DNA of 64,000 bases from the human T2T-CHM13v2.0 reference genome, Homo sapiens. Shown piece by piece: positions 60,146 to 64,000 of this stretch; positions within the stretch are counted from its first letter, which is position 1, and each line of letters opens with the position of its first letter. The notes below the pieces were generated by a model that was given only the letters and a program-made list of their open reading frames with translations, was not told the DNA's origin and searched no databases. The stretch lies in assembly GCF_009914755.1 (NCBI RefSeq), contig NC_060947.1, one strand, 5' to 3'. The translations under genes and the position numbers were made by a program.

Positions 60146-60981
60146 TAAAGTCTTCCGCATGTTTCATAAGTATCCTCTCCTCAGACACCAGTTTGAATAT
60201 AACATTATTTTGCATTTTGTTGTGAAAGGATTGGACAGGCAGAGGAGTACCAAGTAATAAATGTCTAATGATGATTTACCACAATATAGGGGTATTAAAT
60301 AGATATTAGTCTTTTATAAAATTTGATGTCCAACTAAGTAGCCAATCAATAATTAGTCTGACAACTGTAAAATACCTTGCTGCTTTATAAGCAAAATCAT
60401 TATTTGGCTGTCATAATAAAATTTATAAATTTTTGTTTATTATAATACTGCTTTGTGTCCTGATGTTCTTTATTCATATTAATTGGTTGTACTTAAGGAA
60501 ATGACCATTGGGATTCTATAAACTGTTTTAAATAGGTAATTAGACACTGACACCTTCATAGCATGCCTTGTATGTCTCCTTGGCCTCGCTTCATTCATTC
60601 TCTGTTATTAATTACATTGTACTATTTTGGATATCATAAACACACTTTTAGACTTTTTTAAGTTTAGTTGACTTTCATTTGTTTTGGAACACATAAAATA
60701 GTATAAAAGTCTTGTAATATGAAATGAAAATGTTAGATTTAAATTATATACTGTATGTGGTTAAACATTATCATGATAAAACACATTACAACTGTTTATT
60801 AAAAAACTAAACAAATTCTCTACTTTCAGTTTTGGAATTTTTGGTAAGGGGTATGTACTATGTTTAATGGCTTAATAATCAAATTTTAAAAATGCTCTTT
60901 GTCTTTCATAAGAAACTCTGATAATATACATTACCAGAATTCTTTCTTGAATAATTGTCAGTAGGATATTCATATGTGTTC

Positions 60982-60983
<2 letters not shown>

Positions 60984-61025
<42 letters not shown>
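60984..61025. repeat. (CA)n microsatellite
   Basis: About 21 CA units directly visible. Confidence 0.95.
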
Positions 61026-61027
<2 letters not shown>

Positions 61028-62159
61028 CAGTATTACATTTTGGCATTTTAAAAACATGAGGCCTTATATTAAAAGTAAAGCTTTTGTATTTTTAAGGTGA
61101 AAATTGAGATAATTTTCCTTAATTTTATATTGTCTAATTTTATATATACTTATACATAATATAAAGTGATGATACTAAATCCAAATATGAAACACTAAAC
61201 TATATATTACTAGCTTTTTGATAATTAATTAATGGACTACATGTTTATTTTGCATTATAACATTATTAAAATTTAATTTTCATAATTGTCTAAGCCACAT
61301 TATCAAGTGTTTAAATTAATTGAATTTTAAATATATACATTCCAAAAGTTATGAATGGTCAGTAAGTAAAATATGGCTTAGTCCTTAAGTACTATTAATA
61401 TAATACATTTGTTTTGGTAGGCTTTACAGTAATCAGAAGGCTTAAAGAACACATCCTTGATTATAATTGTATCTTCTTTTACTCTCATTTTCCCTATAAT
61501 TATAAATTTGCTCAGCCTTGATATCTGCATTTAGTAAATTCATTTATATATTTTTTACCCTAGTATTTGTTAGATGGATAGATAAACTGTTAGAGTGAAT
61601 AGAAAATGTTTTTACTTCTTGATGACAGATATGGCTATTTATAAAATCGCACATTTCCCACACTATAGTAGTCCTTGAGATTTTATCGTATCAATTTTTT
61701 ATGGTGGTATTACTTTCATTATGTAATAAAATGCTTTTGGTAAGTGCCAAATCACCTACAAAACACATATGTGCATGCACACCTACAAAAGCACATAAAA
61801 ACACACCCAGTGTGTCAGTGCAGATTTGCTTTAATTTGAGGGATTTAAAATGAACCCTGCAAATGAATACTGCCAAGCATTTGATCTTTAACTTTAGTTT
61901 ATTCCTTCAATATACAATACTTTAGATGAAGAATAAAAATTTTGTCAGTTAAATAGGATTAATTTGATGTTATAAGCACCTGTTTTCATTTTTAAACAGC
62001 TATAAGTTTTATGGCATTACAAAATTTTTATTACATTTTGGAGAAAACGTGTATCCACAGCAATATGTTTTGGGTTTATTACAGTTTTTATTTTATGTCA
62101 CTTGAAAGAGGAGAAAGAAAAAGAAAGAATAGGTTAAAAAAAATCTTTAATTTTATTCT

Positions 62160-62325
62160 AGATGCTGAACTAGATGCTTTATACATAAGTATATATACTC
62201 TCAGCTCATTGAATTCTCACAGAGCAGATATTGTTATCTCCATTTTACATATGAAATGTGAAATAACTTGCCTAAAGTCATTCATCTAGTATGAAAGTTA
62301 TACTTTGAATTTATTTTTGTCTGAC
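62160..62325 (-). mobile_element. MIR SINE
   Basis: gttatctccattttacatatgaaa...aataacttgcctaaagtca is the reverse-strand MIR core. Confidence 0.6.
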
Positions 62326-64000
62326 ATTGAAGTCCTGTTATTTTTTCCTTCATGTTCCTTTATCATGCTACACCTCGTTTTGAATGCTGACTAATTCTTG
62401 AGGATTTTGAGGAAGGGATATGGCATATAAACCTTTATTTACATTTTGCTATTTCTCTTCAAAAGCTAAATAAGACTACCACTTTTCTGTTTTGGGCCTC
62501 AGTATCTGAAATTGCTACATAGAACTTCATTTATAGAAAATGTTTATTTCACTGTTTATGGTAAAAGTTTACTATTTTCTCTCATTTTTAACATTAATAT
62601 TTAATTCTAATTGTTTCTAAAATACCTTTCAAGATTATTCTATTTTAAAGGGATCATTGAAATATTTTTGATAACATTGCAAAACCTTTAAATGTTTAGG
62701 GCGTAATAGTGTGCTAGGAAAATAATATTTATGACTCACAAAAACTCCAGTTTCAATGGAGCTTCCATTTAAATGAGATACACGTTCAAAGACCAGCTCC
62801 TTACATTTCCTAAATAAGATAAAATCTAAGGTTAACACAATTCCATTTTTTCTCCTATTTAAAATATTGATTTCAGTGAAACACCAGACTTTCCCAGAGG
62901 AATAGTCTCAGAGGTGAATCACAGTTGGTAGCTTTACTGTTTATTTTCAATGCATGGTTTACTTGTCTGTTTTTAACCTACATCCTACTGTTTTTGACAC
63001 CTCATATTTCTTGCAGTTTTCTGTGGCTTTGCCAAATCGATCTATACTCAGAAGTTTACAGATCACTACAAGTGTTACGTTGTACAGTAACATTAGTAAA
63101 AATGTTCAAAATTATTATTAAACAAAGTTTATTTTGCCTTTCATAGTAAAAGTTTTTTTCCTTCATTTTTACCAGTAATACCCAATTCTGAGAGTTTATA
63201 AAATACCTTTTTAAGGTCATCCTGTTTTGATGGGATCAGTGAGATCTCTTGATATCATTGAAAACCTTTTACATATTTAAGGCATAAGAGTTTAAGGTAC
63301 TAGGGAATTTTTGTTAAGATTTCTCTGAAATTTTTTGTCTTATGTAAGAAAATTGTTAAACTAATTTCTTCTTCCATGATAAGAAACTAAAGGACAAATT
63401 AATTTTATACCAGGAAAAATATTACAGAGACCAAGAAAACCACATCAAACGCTACCAGATAATGTGATCCATTGTTTGGTCTTATTTTCTCTCATGTGCT
63501 CATTGTTTCTCACTTAGCACTAATTATTCAAGGGAAGAGCAGTGACATTAGCACTACCATTATTCACAGACTACCCTAAGGTTTCAGCAGTGCCAACCTG
63601 AGAAATAGTAAGGCATTCCAGATTTTCCTTATTAACCTCTTAGCTTTCCTTATTAGTTTCTAATTTGTTTAGGATTTCTGAATCGTTAATAACCTTTTTA
63701 TAAATGTAATACTTTTGTTTAGATATAATGTACAAAGAATAATTTCTTATAGGGTCTTAAACTTTTGCACCAGAGAGAAATATAAGCATCGTATTATCTA
63801 TATGATGATTTAAGGAGTACAGTCGCTTAATTTTTAAGATTTAAATAGGATAATTCCTGTAACAGCCACTTATCGATGATCCAAGGATTTTATCTTTTTT
63901 TCTCTTTCTGGCATCAAAAAGCTTTCTTGCTATGAATTTAATTTCCTTTAATTAGAGTTATTGTGTTCTTCTTGTAAGTACCCTGAACTCTACTTGAGGA

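Overview
This is primate, almost certainly human, genomic DNA: the 5' part of CNKSR2 (Connector enhancer of KSR 2, X-linked) on the + strand. It contains the CpG-island promoter and exon 1 with a compound (CAG)12(CCG)6 5'UTR repeat, coding exons 1-3 (64+164+203 nt; SAM domain and start of the CRIC domain), the 51.5 kb intron 1, intron 2 and the start of intron 3. Intron 1 holds four Alus, a complete two-LTR MaLR (MST/THE1-type) provirus, MER1B/MER2/MER5 DNA-transposon relics, L2/MIR fossils, a three-layer nested L1 complex (L1MB > near full-length L1MA > 5'-inverted L1PA) with several templated-insertion and palindrome scars, and an antisense processed pseudogene of RARRES2 (chemerin). A fifth Alu lies in intron 2. 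I see no convincing novel multi-gene system. The most interesting unexplained signals are the uORF/repeat architecture of the 5'UTR (HTT-like polyQ-polyP frame; polyAla frame in phase with the CDS), a candidate 11-nt poison microexon, a candidate recursive splice site and the repair scars in the L1MA. Repeat subfamily names come from remembered consensus sequences, and the boundaries of old repeats are approximate.
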